This document shows, piece after piece, positions 24,762 through 38,874 of a stretch of 64,000 nt of DNA; within the stretch, counting starts at the first letter, position 1; each line of letters opens with the position of its first letter. The notes beneath the pieces are model-generated. The model searched no databases, had not been told where the DNA came from, and worked only from the letters and a program-made list of their open reading frames with translations. Position numbers and translations under genes: made by a program. The stretch comes from Cycas panzhihuaensis. Taxonomy: Eukaryota; Plantae; Cycadophyta. The stretch lies in the NCBI GenBank assembly GCA_023213395.1, contig CM041465.1, forward strand, positions 72,485,741 to 72,549,740, given 5' to 3'.

Positions 24762-27340
24762 TAGATGTTAAATATATAGTTTAGCTCAATTTTATAAAAA
24801 ATTCATTAGGAACTTTAGTAGAATTATTACATCCTTAATAGATTGTAGGAAGGGTAAGGAGGTGGTCTAGAATAGAAAAACAAAGAATATCTTCTAACTC
24901 TTAAAGTAAAAGGTAACTAATACATCTATGCTTATTCTGCTAAACTTTGAAAAAGTATTTGAGGTTGATTGTAATGCTTCATATATTGCAATTAGAGTAG
25001 TGCTTAGTTAAGAAGCAAGACCTATAGCATGTTATAGTGATAAGCTTAATGAGGTAAGAAGAAGGTATTTAACCTATAACTTAAAATTTTATGCAATTGT
25101 CTAAGCTTTGAGGCATTATAAGTATTATCTCATCCCTAAGGAATTCATGTTATTCACTAATCACCAAGCCTTGAGGTATGTAAATACCCAAAGAAAATTA
25201 AATACTAAGAATGCTAAGTGGGTATCCTATCTACAAAGCTTTATACTTATTTTAAAGAATAAATTAGGTAAATAGAACTATGTTTCTAATATATTAAGTA
25301 GGTGAGTGGCATTATTAACCACCATGACAAATGAGGTTGTAAGATTTGACGACATTAAGGATTTGTATGACTTAGACCTTGACTTTAGAATAATTGTTAA
25401 GCATTATAAGAATCATCTAATTGAGGGATGTAATTCTTCATGTGATGGTTACTTTATGTAGGATGACTACCTATTTAAGAAAAGATAGTTTTGCATCCTA
25501 GTGGGCTCCATGAGAGAGAACATCATATGAGAGTTGTATAATGGAGGTCTAAGAGGGTGATTTAGCCAAAATAAGATCATAGCTTTCATAGAAGAAAAGT
25601 ATTTTTAGCCTTGAATAAAGAGTGATGTGGTAAGATTTATGGCATACTATAGGATATGCCAAATAGCCAATGGACATGCATAGAATATTGGCTTATATAT
25701 GCCCTTCCTAGTACTTGAAGGACCATGGATGGACTTGAACATAGACTTTATGTTAGGTTTCTCACATATACAAAGAGGTAATAATTCCATTTTTGTCATT
25801 AATGGTTATTTTTTAAAATGATTTATTTTATTACATGAAAGAAGATAAATGATGTAGATAGGATAGCAAATTTATTCATTAAAGAGGTTATAAGGTTATA
25901 TGTCATCTAAAGACTGTCACTTTAGATTAGGATACAAAATTCTTGAGATATTTCTAGAAGACTCTATGGAAGAAGTTGGGAATAAAACTCTATTTTAGTA
26001 GTGCTTAACATCCACAAACTAATGGGAAAATTAAAGTGGTGAACCAAAGTTTACGAAACTTACTAAGGCAAATCATTAGGGAGAAGCCCAAATAGTAAGA
26101 TTTGGTATTAGCATAGGTAAATTTTACATATAATAGTTCTATAAATAGGTCAATATGTAAATCATCTTTTTAGGATATGTATGACAAAAATATAAAAGGT
26201 GTACTAGATTTGGTGCACCTACCCATAGGGAAGAAGGTGAGTAATAATGTTGTAGCTTTTGTAGAGTATATATAACAAGTTTATAGGGAGGTGACAAAAA
26301 AGCACAAGGAAGTAGTAAGCAAGACCTATAGACATAAGATATTTGAAGAAGGTGGTTTGGTGATGGTTTATTTAAGAAAAGATAGATTTCCCTAAGGAAC
26401 CTATAACAAACTCAAATACAAAAAGGTTGGACTATATTAGGTTATAAAAAGGATCAATGATAATGTGTATGAGGTGAATTTACCTAAACACTTTGATATC
26501 TCTCATATTTTTAATATTTTAAATCTATATGCATATCATGAAAGAGATGAGGAGGTAGATTATGAAGGTGAAGTGGCAAGTTAGGAGCCCTAAATGGCAA
26601 GGAAAAAGTGAGAAAAAATTGAACATATATCAGATATGAAGATAGTGAACACATGATAAGAAAATTACAATAGGTACAAAGGGAAGTAGAAAGGTCTACC
26701 ATAAGCAGACAATACCTTGATCACTAAAGAAGAGATAAAGCAATTAAATCTTAACAAATGGCATGAATTTTATCATAATAACTTATAGTTGTAGAGTTCT
26801 TTTCAACCAAGGGAGGATGATGTGAGAGTATCTAAATGTTCATTATAACTTAAACCACTTTTCACTTTTTAGATATTTTCTCTAAATTTTGGGTTCTACT
26901 AATCAAATCATAACCTTTTAATTAGTGGTTAGAATTTAGTCATTCTTGTGCCAAAATGAAGGTCTATTTGAGTATAACATGAGGAAATGGCCTATAATTA
27001 GGCCAAAAGGCCCCATTATAGGCCTATAATTTTTCAACCAAAAAATGATCTAGAAATACCTAAAAATTAAGATTTATTTTATATGTTTAAAAATAGTAAT
27101 TAATTTTAGACTAATTTTTTTTAGTAAGACTTAACTTATAAATATGGTTTTTATTTAGTATTTTAGGTAATTAAGGAGTTTTTAGGGTTAGGATTAGAAG
27201 TTTTTAGACTTCCAACTTTCACTTGTACAAATGTAATTTTAGATTATCTTTTAGTGGATTGAATGGAATAGAATGGAATTAAAAGTAAAATAACTCTCTC
27301 TATTCTTTGGCTCTTTCTTGTTTAAAGTTTATACATGTCA
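24761..27340 (+). mobile_element. 5'-truncated Ty3/Gypsy chromovirus (CRM-like pol): RT end, RNase H, integrase, chromodomain remnant and 3' LTR
   Basis: FEVDCNAS and YNLKFYAIV (RNase H), GLYMPFLVLEGPWMDLNIDF (integrase), and a KGLP..DNT*I chromodomain-like motif at ~26685-26725. PPT aagggaggatga at 26809-26820; LTR tgtgagag...tgtca ~26821-27340. Confidence 0.88.
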
Positions 27341-29479
27341 GATTAAACATTTTTCTTATAAGTCATACTTATCAATTATGGTGGCTGATGGCAAGACACT
27401 CTTATATGGGGGGAAATGCCATAATATCAGTTTGCAAATAAGTGACTACCAACTCTCTACCACTATCATATGTCATTCCTATTAAAGGAGACGTTATTGT
27501 ATTAGGGGTATAATGGCTCAAACCATTGGGGACCATTCAACTAAACATGCAAGAGATTTTTATTCAATTTACTTCTAAAGGAATAGAATATTAATTAAAA
27601 GGAATCGTTCATCTCCCGATCAAAATCATCAAGTCACACTATATGGAGAGATTGATTAAAAAGGGTGGTACAGGGATCATTGCTAAACATTATGCTTTGG
27701 AAGGTCAAGAATTTTCAACAAAGGTGGATGTTCTCTAGGATGATGACATTCCAACTAACTTAAAATTGATACTTAACCACCATAAGCAAGTCTTTTAAGA
27801 TATACCTCAAGGTCTCTCCCTAACATGTGACTAAGATCACAACATTAACCTAGTAGTTGGAAGTAATCCCCTACTATTTGACAATATTAATACCCCTATT
27901 GGTAAAAGAATAAAATTGAATAACTAGTTCAAGAACTTCTTGATGTCAATACTATTAGGAAAAGTAAAAAAACCTTTTCCACCGTAATAATTTTTGTAAG
28001 AAAAAAGAATAACTCATTTGACATATATATGGACTAGTAGGAGCTTAATAAGATAATCATCATGGATAAATTTCCTATATTGATCATCGTTGAACTCTTA
28101 AATGAGGGACATAGAGCAACATTCTTAACATCATTTGACTTATAACCAAGATACCATCAAATTAGAATCAAGGTAGATGATGTTCACAAGATAGCATTTC
28201 ATACATACAAAGGCCATTACAAAGTTTTAGTCATGCCCTTTGGCCTAACTAATGCCCCAGCCACCTTTCAAAGTCTCATAAACAAACTTTTTTAGCCTTA
28301 CTTAAGAAAGTTTTTGCTAGTCTTCTTTGATTATATTCTAATCTTTAGTCAAACTTATGAAGACCATCTCCAACATGTTCATAAGGCATTACAAGTGCTT
28401 ACAAACAACTAACTTTATACCAAAAAATTATAGTGTTAATTTAGGCATATAAAAATAGTATATTTAGGCTATATTATCTCTTAAGAAGGAGTCAAGATGG
28501 ATGTTAAGAAATTTTTAGTTATAACAAATTTGCATAAACATAAAAATATCAAGGGCCCTTATGTATTCTTAGGAATCATAGGATATTATTAAAATTTTAT
28601 TCAGGGTTATGTGAGGACTACTTCTCCTTTGATCAACTTATTAAAAAAGGATTCTTTTCATTAGAATGATAAGGAATTTGAAGCATTCAACCAATCAAAG
28701 GTAGCTTTAACTATCATTCTAGTCCTAGTAATATTAAACTTTATAAAGATATTTACCATTGAATGCAATACATTAGGGCAAGGTATTATAATAGTCTTAA
28801 TGTAAGAAGGAAAACATCTAGACTTTGAAAGTCAACAACTTACACATAGGAATCAAGTCAAATCTACTTATGAGAAGGAAATATTAGCAATTCTCCATGC
28901 TATTAAGAAATGGTAAAAATATAAGTGAATGGGACGATGAGCAGGCTTGGGTTAGGGTTTCTTGTGGTGTTGAAGTAGGCAACAGCAACCTATTCAACTC
29001 CCCGAAGTGATGGTATCGGCATTGCCAATAGCATGAGGATGGGTAGGTTTTGGCTATGGCCCTTAGGCCAAGATGATAGCGAGATCCGGTGGCACTATGG
29101 TGCGTGGTAGGATTCAGGCCTTGCACTCATCGGGGGTCAGGCAAGTAGGTTAAGACATACCTAAAATAGAGCTAGGTGGTATCATGCAGGTATACCCCTA
29201 GAGTTCAGAGAAGATTCTCACGGTTCTTAGAAGAGAGATGGGAGATCACTCTTGTCAGCAAGAAGACAGACAGATTTGAAGGAGGATATGGCAAGGATAT
29301 GACTTAAGGATTTCAATTCATTAAGGCACAGTTGGTAGAAGACGAAAGGGACTTTGAAATCAGTGAGATCAAATGCTTTACTTGTTTTTATATGGAATAA
29401 GTTATGGAATCTCTTATTAATTAGCTAGATTATTAATCATCTTTCAACCAGACCCATACCCCTTCAGGGAAGAAATCAT

Positions 29480-30780
29480 ACCTTGACGCCTTTAGTAATG
29501 AAGGTGTAGAAACATTTCACATAAACCCTATCTTAAAAGATGAGAAGATAAAAATCCCAGTTCCAAAATAATTATCAAATAGTTTGGAAAAATTCTAAGG
29601 GAATAATTTAGTGGGACATTTCTTAGGCCCTAAGGCAGGCATGGACCCAATTAGGAGATGGGTCATCCAATATTGGAAGTTTAAGGGCTCGGTATAGGTC
29701 ATTGTACTACCAAGAAGGTGCATTCTTTTCAAGTTTTCCTATCATAAGGATATGGTTAATATCTTATTAAAATGGCCTAGATGATAGGCAAGAAGGTAGT
29801 GTTAATGGAGAAATGACACCCTAAATTTGACCCATTGGAAGGTACCATAAAGTAAATCCCTTTATGGGTTCAATTACGGGGTCTCCCTCTTGTTGCATGG
29901 GACCTTGACGTTATTAAAGGAATCACAAAAACGATTGGTCTCCTCTTAGCGGTGGACACTACCACAAAGAATAAGCGTAGATTGGTTAATGTTAGGTTCT
30001 ATGCATTGGCTAGAACTGATATACCCCATCTAGATTTGGTGAATATAGAGGGAGTTGGGTGGAATAAAGAAGAAAAGCTAATGTATGAATTGGAAAATGT
30101 GAGATGCCAAAAATGTAGGAGGACTGGGCACCTTCCTTATATCTACTTAGGAGAACTAAAGCCCTTTCTCTCAGCTCACCAATGCGGGAATGAAAATCTA
30201 GAGGGGGAGGAGGACCGAGGGGTCCCTATTGGGTGCCCTGATGAGGCTAAAAGGGAAGAGAACTCCTGATTGGAGGAGGATCTAGGCCCCCAAGCCCTAG
30301 AGGCTGATCTTGGGGCCTATCTTTCTAAGACAAGGTAAGAAATAAATCTGGTAGAGGAAGACATCCTTTTTAAAGAAGGGGAGGTGGATTTAAGTTCTAA
30401 ACTAGATGCTCCTTAGCTTTAGCCTGTGGACGCCTAGATGGATGTGGATACAGCTCCCCCTTAGGGGGAAGTTGGGCCCATCCTGGAGAGTCTCAAGGAG
30501 CTTCCTCTTCAAAAGGAAGATGGACCTATTTCAGAGAGGTTTGAGGAGTATAGGAAAGTGGAGAAGGTGTGGAAGGCTAGAGAAGTGGGGGACCAAGGGG
30601 AAGTTAAGGAAGTTGATTACCTAAGAGGGCCAGATTTTGGTAGTAAGAGGAGGCCAGGGAGGTTATCTTCAAAGGTGGTACGGGAGAGGGAGATAATGCT
30701 GTAGATAAATCAAGGGACACAACAAACCCTAAGAGATAGTGATCCAAGACAGGGGCCCAAAACTAGAAGTAAGAGGTAAG
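29480..30780 (+). pseudogene. LINE ORF1 (DUF4283-like plus zinc knuckle)
   Basis: LVGHFLG, IPLWVQLRGLP and RCQKCRRTGH motifs; start approximate. Confidence 0.8.
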
Positions 30781-30805
30781 AGAGAAGGGGCCAGTGGGAG
30801 TTATC

Positions 30806-33800
30806 ATGAAGCTTGCCTCGTGGAACATCTAAGGCATAAATGCCCTGTCAAAATATAAATTAGTTAGAGAACTACAGAATCAATTGAAGCTATGCTTTAT
30901 CTTACTATAAGAAACCAAATTGTTAATGGAGAACAAGGTAAACATCAAAAATAAAATATGGAGGGGCTATGAGTGGTTTACCTCATATGGGATCAAGGGC
31001 TCAGGCAGCTTAGCTACCTTCTGGAACCCCAGAGGGTGGGAGAGAAAGGCCTTCCTCCTCAAGGAGCATTTCATATCCTATTAGCTAACTAGAAAGGCTT
31101 CTACTTGTTGATGGCTAGTCACCAATGTTTATTCTCCTCTATTACAAGAGGGGAGGAAATACTTATGGGATAGGTTATTGGAGGCCCATAAGGAGTGGGT
31201 GGGACCCTGGTTGATTACTAGGGACTTTAATACGACTCTATCCCTAGAGGAAAAAAGAGGGGACTAGATAGAATGGACTAAAAGTATGGAGGACCTAGGG
31301 ACCTTCATGTAGAAGGGAGGTTTGATGGACGTCACCATGAGAGGCCCCAAATTTACTTGGTTAAACAAGAGACTGGGTGCTGGTCACATCCAGGTAAGAT
31401 TGGACTTAGTGATAGATAACTATGCCTGGTTTATCCAGCAAAGTAATATTAGACTATTTTGGATCACTCCCCGTTAGCCTTAGGATGGGATGTGCGCCAG
31501 AGACATAAGGGGGCTCCCTTCCATTTTGAGTTAATGTGGACTAAGGACCCTGACTTGCATAATTTACTGGCAGACTAGTGGAGTATCCTAGCTTAAGGTT
31601 GTGCCATGAGGAGGTTCTCTATTAAACTCAATCAGGTTAAGATGTAGGTTAAGGAATGAAATAAAACCATGCATGGGGATATCTTTGTTAAGAAAAATAA
31701 GATCCTAGAAGAGTTGAAGAGTCTGGAGGTGTATAATCAGGAGCATGGCAGAATTATCCCCCTCATCTAGGAAGAGAGAAGACTTCTTTCTATTCTAGAT
31801 ATAGTCTTGATGAAGGAAGAAATATTTTGGAGGCAAAAGTCAAGGGCCCTATGGCTAGTAGAGGGGGATAGAAATACTAAAGTTTTTCATATGATGACTG
31901 TAAAACATAGATCTTGTAACCACATCAAGACCCTGTTGAATAAGGATGGGGAGGAGATTAGGCAGGATAACTTAAAAGATATAGCAGTGGAGTATTTGAG
32001 TTGAGATGCTTGGATGAGGAGGTCAGAAGGGAAGCATTAGCCTTGATACCCAAAAAGGTTGGTTTTGCTTTGAACAAGCTCTGGAGGCCCCCTTCTCATT
32101 GGATGAGGTGCAAAAAATAGTGTTTGATATGAAGAGGGAGAAAGCCCAAGGTCCAGATGGTTTCCCTCTGTGATTTTATCAGGAGTATTGGGATATTATT
32201 AAAGATGATTTCCTTGAGGTTGTAAAGGAGTTTTTTAAAAATGGAAGAATCCATGGGGAGTGGCAAGCTACCTTCCTAGTGTTGATCCCCAAGAAAGATG
32301 ACGCAAAAATAATGGAACATTTTAGGCCCATTAGCCTCTATAATATAAAGTATAAAATTTTAGCTAAGGTCTTGGCCAACAGGCTAAAGGAACTTCTTCC
32401 TTCCATCATAAGTTCTAACCAAGATGGTTTCGTCAAGGGTAGACAGATTCTTGATGGTATCATAGTGGTTCATGAGACAGCATACTTGACTTCCCAGAGG
32501 AAAGACCATAGGATGATTGTTAAGATTGATCTCTATAAGGGCTATGATCCAAGGGCTATGATAGGGTCTTGTGGGGCTATCTACTTGATTGTATAGCCTT
32601 TGGGTTTGGGAATCACTGGAGAAAATGGATTGAGAGCTATATTTCTAAGCCCAGCTTTTCAATCATCCTAAATAGGTCATCTGCAACTTTCTTCCTAGGA
32701 TTTACATGTCTCAGACAAGGGATCCTCTGGCCCCCTATTTGTATTTAATCTTGGCTGAATTACTATGTAGGTCCATGGAAGAAGCGAGGAAATCTAGGAA
32801 GATAGTTGGCTTAAAACCCACTATGGGGGTCGACAATATCATCCACAGGTAATTTGTGGATGATAATATTTTCCTAAGTAAGGCTTCTATAAGGGAAGCT
32901 AAGGCTATTAAAGGCTAGTTGAAGAAATTTCATATTGCCACAAACCAAAAGGTAAACCTAGAGAAGAGCAATATTTTCTTTATGAACACTTTGATTAGGA
33001 CACAAAGGGTTATAAGCAGGATTTTGGAGATGCCTATCAGGGTTCTCTCAACCTGGTACCTAAGCATGACCCTATTTGTGGGTAGGATGTAGAAGGACTT
33101 GTGGAACCTGATCATTAGTCGGGTCCAAAGGAAGCTGGTTGGTTGGAAAGGGGCCCTGCTAAGTCAGGCTGGTAAACTTCAGTTATTACTGGAATCTCTC
33201 CAGAGTATCCCTACATATATGATGTCCCTGTTTAGGTGTCGTGGGAAGGTGGTAAAGGCCTTAGAGTCTATCCAAAAAAGGTTCTTATGGTCCAGGTCTG
33301 AAGATAGATAGAGAATTAATCTTGTGTCTAGGAGAAAGTCTGTGGCCCTAAGTTGGCAAGGGGGATAAACGTTAAGGATGTGACCAGTTTTAATAAGGCC
33401 CTGATTGCCAAACTAGGGTGGAGCCTATCCATTAAGGAGGAGAGGCTTTGGTGCAAAATAGTGGCTAGGAAATACCTAAGGGATAACCAATTTTTGAAGC
33501 TCACTTCCCCTAGCATCGGGGGTTCAACTATTTGGAGGAGTCTACTGGGTGTGAGGGAGATGCTGGATTTTGGGGCCCAATGGTGCTTGGGTGATGGGAA
33601 ATCTATTGATTTCTAGAAGGATATATGGTGCGGCAAAATACAACTATCAAGCAGGCCTACTTTTGCTTCTTTGCAGGTAGATTATGTGAGTCTCCATGGG
33701 AAAAAAGTGGTTGATTATTTGGATTTCTGGCAAGAAGAGATAAATTGGAGAAATTTAGGAGAAATCCCCCATGCAATAGACTATGAGCAACAAATTATTG

Positions 33801-34970
33801 CTCTTAGAAATGAGCTTAATAAGATATATGTTCCCAGATTTCCAAAGGAGAATGCCTTAGTTTGGCCAGGGTCCAAGACAAGGATCTATACAGTCAAGTC
33901 TATCTATCTCACTTTAATGTCTGAGAGAGGCCTTACTGAAAATAATCTCCTAGGTAGAGTGTGGAACATGGGGTTGCTCCCAAAGATTACCAATTTTTTG
34001 GTGGCTGAGTTTGAAGAATAAGATTCTTACCCTCGATAACTTAAGGAAGAGAGGTTTCTCCCTAGCTAACAGATGTATCCTCTACATGTAGGAGGAGGAG
34101 TCTGTAGATCATCTTTTCTTGCATTGTTCTTATACTAGAAAGGTGTGGGTGAAGTTGTGGAGTATCTTTAGGGTTCATTGGATTCTCCTAAATTCGGCTA
34201 TGAATCTTACTGAGGCTTGGGTCTACCCCTATAGAAGTAAGACTCTAAGATCCTTATGGATTCCTTCCTTACCCATGCTAGCATGGAACATATGGAAAGA
34301 GAGGAATATGTGTATATTTCAAGAAAGGAGAGTGAATGAACATAGACTCTTTGGGATCATCTTAGTGACCGTGAAGGATAAACTCAAGGAAGTTGAGGAA
34401 GTCACTATCTTCTCTGATGAAAGAAAAGTCCTTGCTAACTAGGGTATTGAGAACTTTAAAGTAAAGTCTGTGCTAGTCATGTACGGGCTATGAAGACCCC
34501 CTCTGTAAGATTGGGTAAAGGTCAACTTTGACAGTGCTTCCAAAGGTAATCCTAGTGAGGATGGGGGAGGAGGTATTTGTAGAGATAAAGAGGGGAAGAT
34601 AATTTAGGTCTTTGCAGATTACTATGGCATCGTGACTAACCACAAGGCTAAAATTGAAGCAATACGTAGAGTAGTAGATCTTGTTTCCAGAGAGGGATAC
34701 TCGAGAATTATAGTGGAAGGGGATTTAATGAATCTGATTAAATTGATTAGGGGGGAAGCAGAGTCAAATTGGAAACATCATGCCATGATCAATGATGTGA
34801 GGATGGTGCTTCAAAGCAGAGACTATCAGGTGTGTCACATTTATAGGGAAGGGAACAAGGTGGTTGATAGGTTGGCTAACTAGGATGTACAATCTAGAAG
34901 ATTTAATATTTGGAAGATAGAGTTTCCCGAACAGATCATGGGTTTGGCTAGAAAGGATGTTGAAGGCTGA
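30806..34970 (+). pseudogene. LINE ORF2: APE endonuclease, reverse transcriptase, zf-RVT and RNase H-like domain
   Basis: MKLASWNI*G start, DHSP, WRQKSRALWLVEGDRNTK, GPDGF, LIPK...FRPISL, FVDD, KVNFDSASKGNP, IIVEGD and HIYREGNKVVDRLAN. Confidence 0.95.
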
Positions 34971-35479
34971 GATTTATCAGAGATTAGTATGGCATTTTTT
35001 GTTTAGCTAGGTTGTGGGCTTGTAATGGCTGATTTGTGGAGCCATATAGGCAAATTGTGTATAGGTGTTGGGGTCCCCTTTTAATCCCCATTTATTTAAA
35101 CCTTATAAAAAAAATGGTAAAAATACTTAATGGGCACATATTTCCAAATAAAAATAGACCATAATATCTTGAAGTATTTCCTAGATCAAAGGATGGCATT
35201 ATAGGAACAACAAAAATGGGTCACTAAAATGTAAGCCTTTGATTTTAATATGCTCTATAAAAAAAAGAAAGGATAATATAGTGGCGAATGCTTTATCTCA
35301 CAAGGAATAAGGATCAACATTATACTCCATAGCCATGGTCAACCCCTCTTAGATAGATATCACCAATTAAGAATGAGAGTAAGACCCCATTAAGAAGTAG
35401 ATCATTCATGACCTTCAAGCTGAGGCAGGGAAGTCAACCCACTATACATGGCCTACAAATATCCTTTGGTATAAGAAGA

Positions 35480-35815
35480 AGCAAATTTTATTTGATGCAT
35501 ATGCTTCCCCAATAGTAAGTCACTCAGGTTTCCTATGGGCATACTGCCATTTGAAATAATCTTTCTTCTAGAAGGCCTGAAAATAGAATATAAAGAGATA
35601 TATGGCCTCATGTAAAATTTGTCAATGATATATATATATATATGTCCTCAATCTAGCCTGAAGGAACAAATTTTATATGATGTATATGCTTCCCCAATAG
35701 TAGGTCACTTATGTTTCCTATGGACATACTACCACTTAAAACAATCTTTCTTCTAGAAGGGCTAAAAAGGGGATGTAAAGAGATATGTGGCCTCATGTGA
35801 AATTTGTCAACGACA
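35480..35815 (+). repeat. Tandem duplication (~150 bp) of the integrase zinc-binding region, with (TA)n at the junction
   Basis: 35481-35630 aligns with ~35665-35815. Confidence 0.9.
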
Positions 35816-36325
35816 TAGAGAAAAAACAGTCAAGGCCCTAGGATTACTATAACCCCTACCCATACTAAATCAAAGATGGGAAGAAATTTCCATGGATTTC
35901 ATTGTGGGGTTACCCAAGTCAGAAGGACAAGATGCCATTCTTATGATTGTTGATAAGCTAACCAAATATGATTATTTCTACGACATCTAAGCCACATATA
36001 AAGTAAAGTAAATTACTAAGATTTTTTTAAAGGAGATAGATAGGTTATATGGCATGCCCAAATTCATAATTAGTGATTAAGACCCCAAGTTTATAAGAAA
36101 CTTCTAGGTAGAACTTTTACACCTGCTTAGTGCTAAATTAACCATGAACTTATCCTACCATCCATAAGTAAATGGCTAAACTAAGATGGTAAATAAGTTC
36201 CTTGAAGAATACCTTCATAGTTATGTTTTAGATAAGCAAGCTTAGAGGCACTATTGGCTTCCCTTAATAAAATCTTAGTATAATATAACCTATAATACAT
36301 CAGCAAGAATAACTCTATTTTAAGC

Positions 36326-36326
<1 letters not shown>

Positions 36327-36403
<77 letters not shown>
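36327..36403. repeat. (TA)n microsatellite inside the Gypsy integrase
   Basis: Directly visible; expanded within the ALYG-equivalent codons (gcattatat...ga). Confidence 0.97.
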
Positions 36404-36407
<4 letters not shown>

Positions 36408-37017
36408 CTACCCACACTAAAAAAATATGCCATAATTAGATCTAAGATTCAAGTATTTAAGAAACACATCTACCAAACAATAGAGGTCCTCAAGATCCTT
36501 AAGGATAATATTCACCTTATATAAAATTGAATGAAATGGGTAGATAAAAGGTGAAGTGAATGAGCATTCTAACTAGATGTTTGAGTATACTTACGGTTGC
36601 AACCATACAAGTAGGCCACTCTTAGAAAAGATAGGTAATATAAATTACTACCTTGATTCTATAGACCTTACAAAATCCTTTGGAAGATTAGTGAAGTTAC
36701 ATATACCTTGAACTTACTACAACTATCAAGATCCATAATATTTTCCATATTTTATATCTCAAGAGGGTCATTGTGCAATAAGTACAAGTTCAAACTAAAC
36801 TATTTATATTAAATGAAGAGGGGCAACTTCAACTCATTTTAAAATATATTATCGATAGAAGAGTTTGACATCTACGATCTAAGTAAATCATTGAGTATCC
36901 CATTAAATAAAAATAACTCCCACAAAAATATGCAACTTGGGAGAATGCGTAATTTATCCAAGAATATACTAAGATCAACAAGCTTTGAGGGTAAAGCTTT
37001 TTAAAGGGATGGGGACT

Positions 37018-37299
37018 TGTTAGGAACCTAACCCCTAAATTATCTTCTCTTATCTTCTATCATATCTTCTACTTCTTCTGTCTTCTTAATATCCCACATG
37101 TATAAGTAGGAGGTTGTGTAGCGATCATGGAGCCTATATATATTCATGTAATCCTTAGATTGAACTACCTTTGAAGATCATTATTATTATATATAGTTGA
37201 GAGGTTGCCCCCTCAAAGGGTATTGCAATACAAGTGCTCTCATTTTGGTGCTACTTGTGTGTTATTTGTCATTAAAAGAGTGGTAGTAAGTCCCTAATA
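37018..37299 (+). repeat. 3' LTR of Gypsy 27341-37299
   Basis: Follows the PPT; inverted ends tgttagg / cctaata. Confidence 0.75.
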
Positions 37300-38797
37300 T
37301 GGTCACTAAAAATATTACTAGTGAGGGGGATTGATCTTTCACAAGACTCAACCAAAGACCCAGGGTAGAAAAGATCCATATTAGAGAATGGAGAGACCAC
37401 TCTCACTTGTAGACACTATGTGGCACTTAAGATAACAAGAAAATTAATTTAAAACATGCTTGAAATAATATTACCTAGAAGGTTTGTGAGGAAATTTTGA
37501 TCAAGTTTTCCTTTCCCTATAGGCACTTTCCATTGTTAAAGGAGAAAGGAGAGAATATAGAGAGAAGAAAAAGAAGCTCAAAGATTAATGTTCTAACTAC
37601 CTATAAACAAAAGGTAAGGTATATTGCCTCCACCTACCAAGTTAGTGCTAAAAGTGTAAACATGTCTATATATATAAGTGAAAATATAATATAACTAAAA
37701 GTAATATTCAACCAAATTAAACTATTTATAAAAAGATGATAAGAAATATAAGGTGAGCCTAAAAAATGGCACACCTTCCACCATCTAAGGGTCACATAAT
37801 ATTAATACATCCCCTCCCAAAAAAAAAGTCTCCTTGAGCACCTTTAGAAATAGGAAGATAACATAAAAAGTGATAATGTGAGGTTAATAAATGATTAAAA
37901 GAGGACTTTCTTAAGTGTCAACAAGAAGGGAAATAATACCAATCACAAGTGTAAATAGCAATCAAATTTATTACTAACATTCTACTCCTCCTCCATCATT
38001 TCTCTAAAAGAGGTGATGAAGGAAAAAACTTTAAAAAAGCATAACTTCCTATTATAGTGTATTATTTCAACTCATGACCACTTGATTATTATCTACTCAT
38101 AGAGGTCTACATAATATCCTAGGAGATATTATTAATTATACTCAACAAGAAGGATTGAAATATAAAAGAAGATATATGTGAGTGAAAAACCATAAAAAGT
38201 CTCTTGTTGACCAATCAAATTACTCAAAGGGGTATTGACTCATTTTTAACTCATAAGAGAACTAACTTAGAAGAAAACGCAACCCATATTTATACCATGT
38301 AAGTTAAATCAAAGGAGTACAAGCCCCTATCAATGAGAAAAGGTCACTTAGAGGAGCCAAAAGAGAGTGCAAAATAATACAAATAAGAAAGATCATAATA
38401 GAGAAAGTAAATTAAGTGACTATCATAAGCAAGCAAAATGGCCTATAATGTTGCACATCCATAACATTACTATTATTAGAGACATATCCCATATGATCAC
38501 TAGCATGTGGGAAATGTGATATACAAAATTAGACAAGTAGATGCTCAATCTAATGTAATATGAGATAAGCAAATTCACATAATAAAATATAGTGTTAGCT
38601 AGATGATAAGCCATAATGTATATCTACTTAATAAAAGAGTAAAATATACTTAAGGTTCCAAGATTGAAGGCAATAAGCCCAAATTTTGGGAAGTAGAAAT
38701 ATTTGATTCCCATTAAAATACTTAGTGATCACTAATCTTAAACAAATAATAGTACAAGCTAAAAACATAGAAGTTGAATTTAGAACAAATCTTAGGG
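37300..38797 (-). mobile_element. 3' end of an LTR element (LTR ~37300-37809, PPT and non-coding internal region)
   Basis: Minus-strand GGGAGGGGA|TGTATTAAT junction at 37809-37818; no recognisable protein motifs. Confidence 0.5.
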
Positions 38798-38837
38798 TGT
38801 TAGAATCATAATGATCCTAAATTAATATTATTATTAA

Positions 38838-38874
<37 letters not shown>

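Larger units (their letters stand above)
28922..35111 (+). mobile_element. Full-length L1-clade LINE (~6.2 kb), decayed
   Basis: 14-bp TSD aaatggtaaaaata (28908-28921 / 35112-35125), short A-tail, ORF1 and ORF2 remnants, and higher GC than the flanks. Confidence 0.95.
27341..37299 (+). mobile_element. Ty3/Gypsy chromovirus (Reina/Tekay-like), 5'-truncated and interrupted by a LINE
   Basis: IMVADG and DVIVLGV*WL (protease), [20 protein letters not shown] and VFFDYIL (RT). RNase H is split at 28921/35112. Integrase [15 protein letters not shown] and a chromodomain ATWE motif at ~36930-36945. PPT aaagggatgggg ~37003-37014; LTR tgttagg...cctaata 37018-37299. Confidence 0.9.

Noticed and set aside
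27170-27200. tttagggttagg telomere-like motif (similar isolated ttaggg hits occur elsewhere)
   Set aside because: Only 1-2 units; this is typical of telo-box-like motifs in LTRs and is not an interstitial telomere array.
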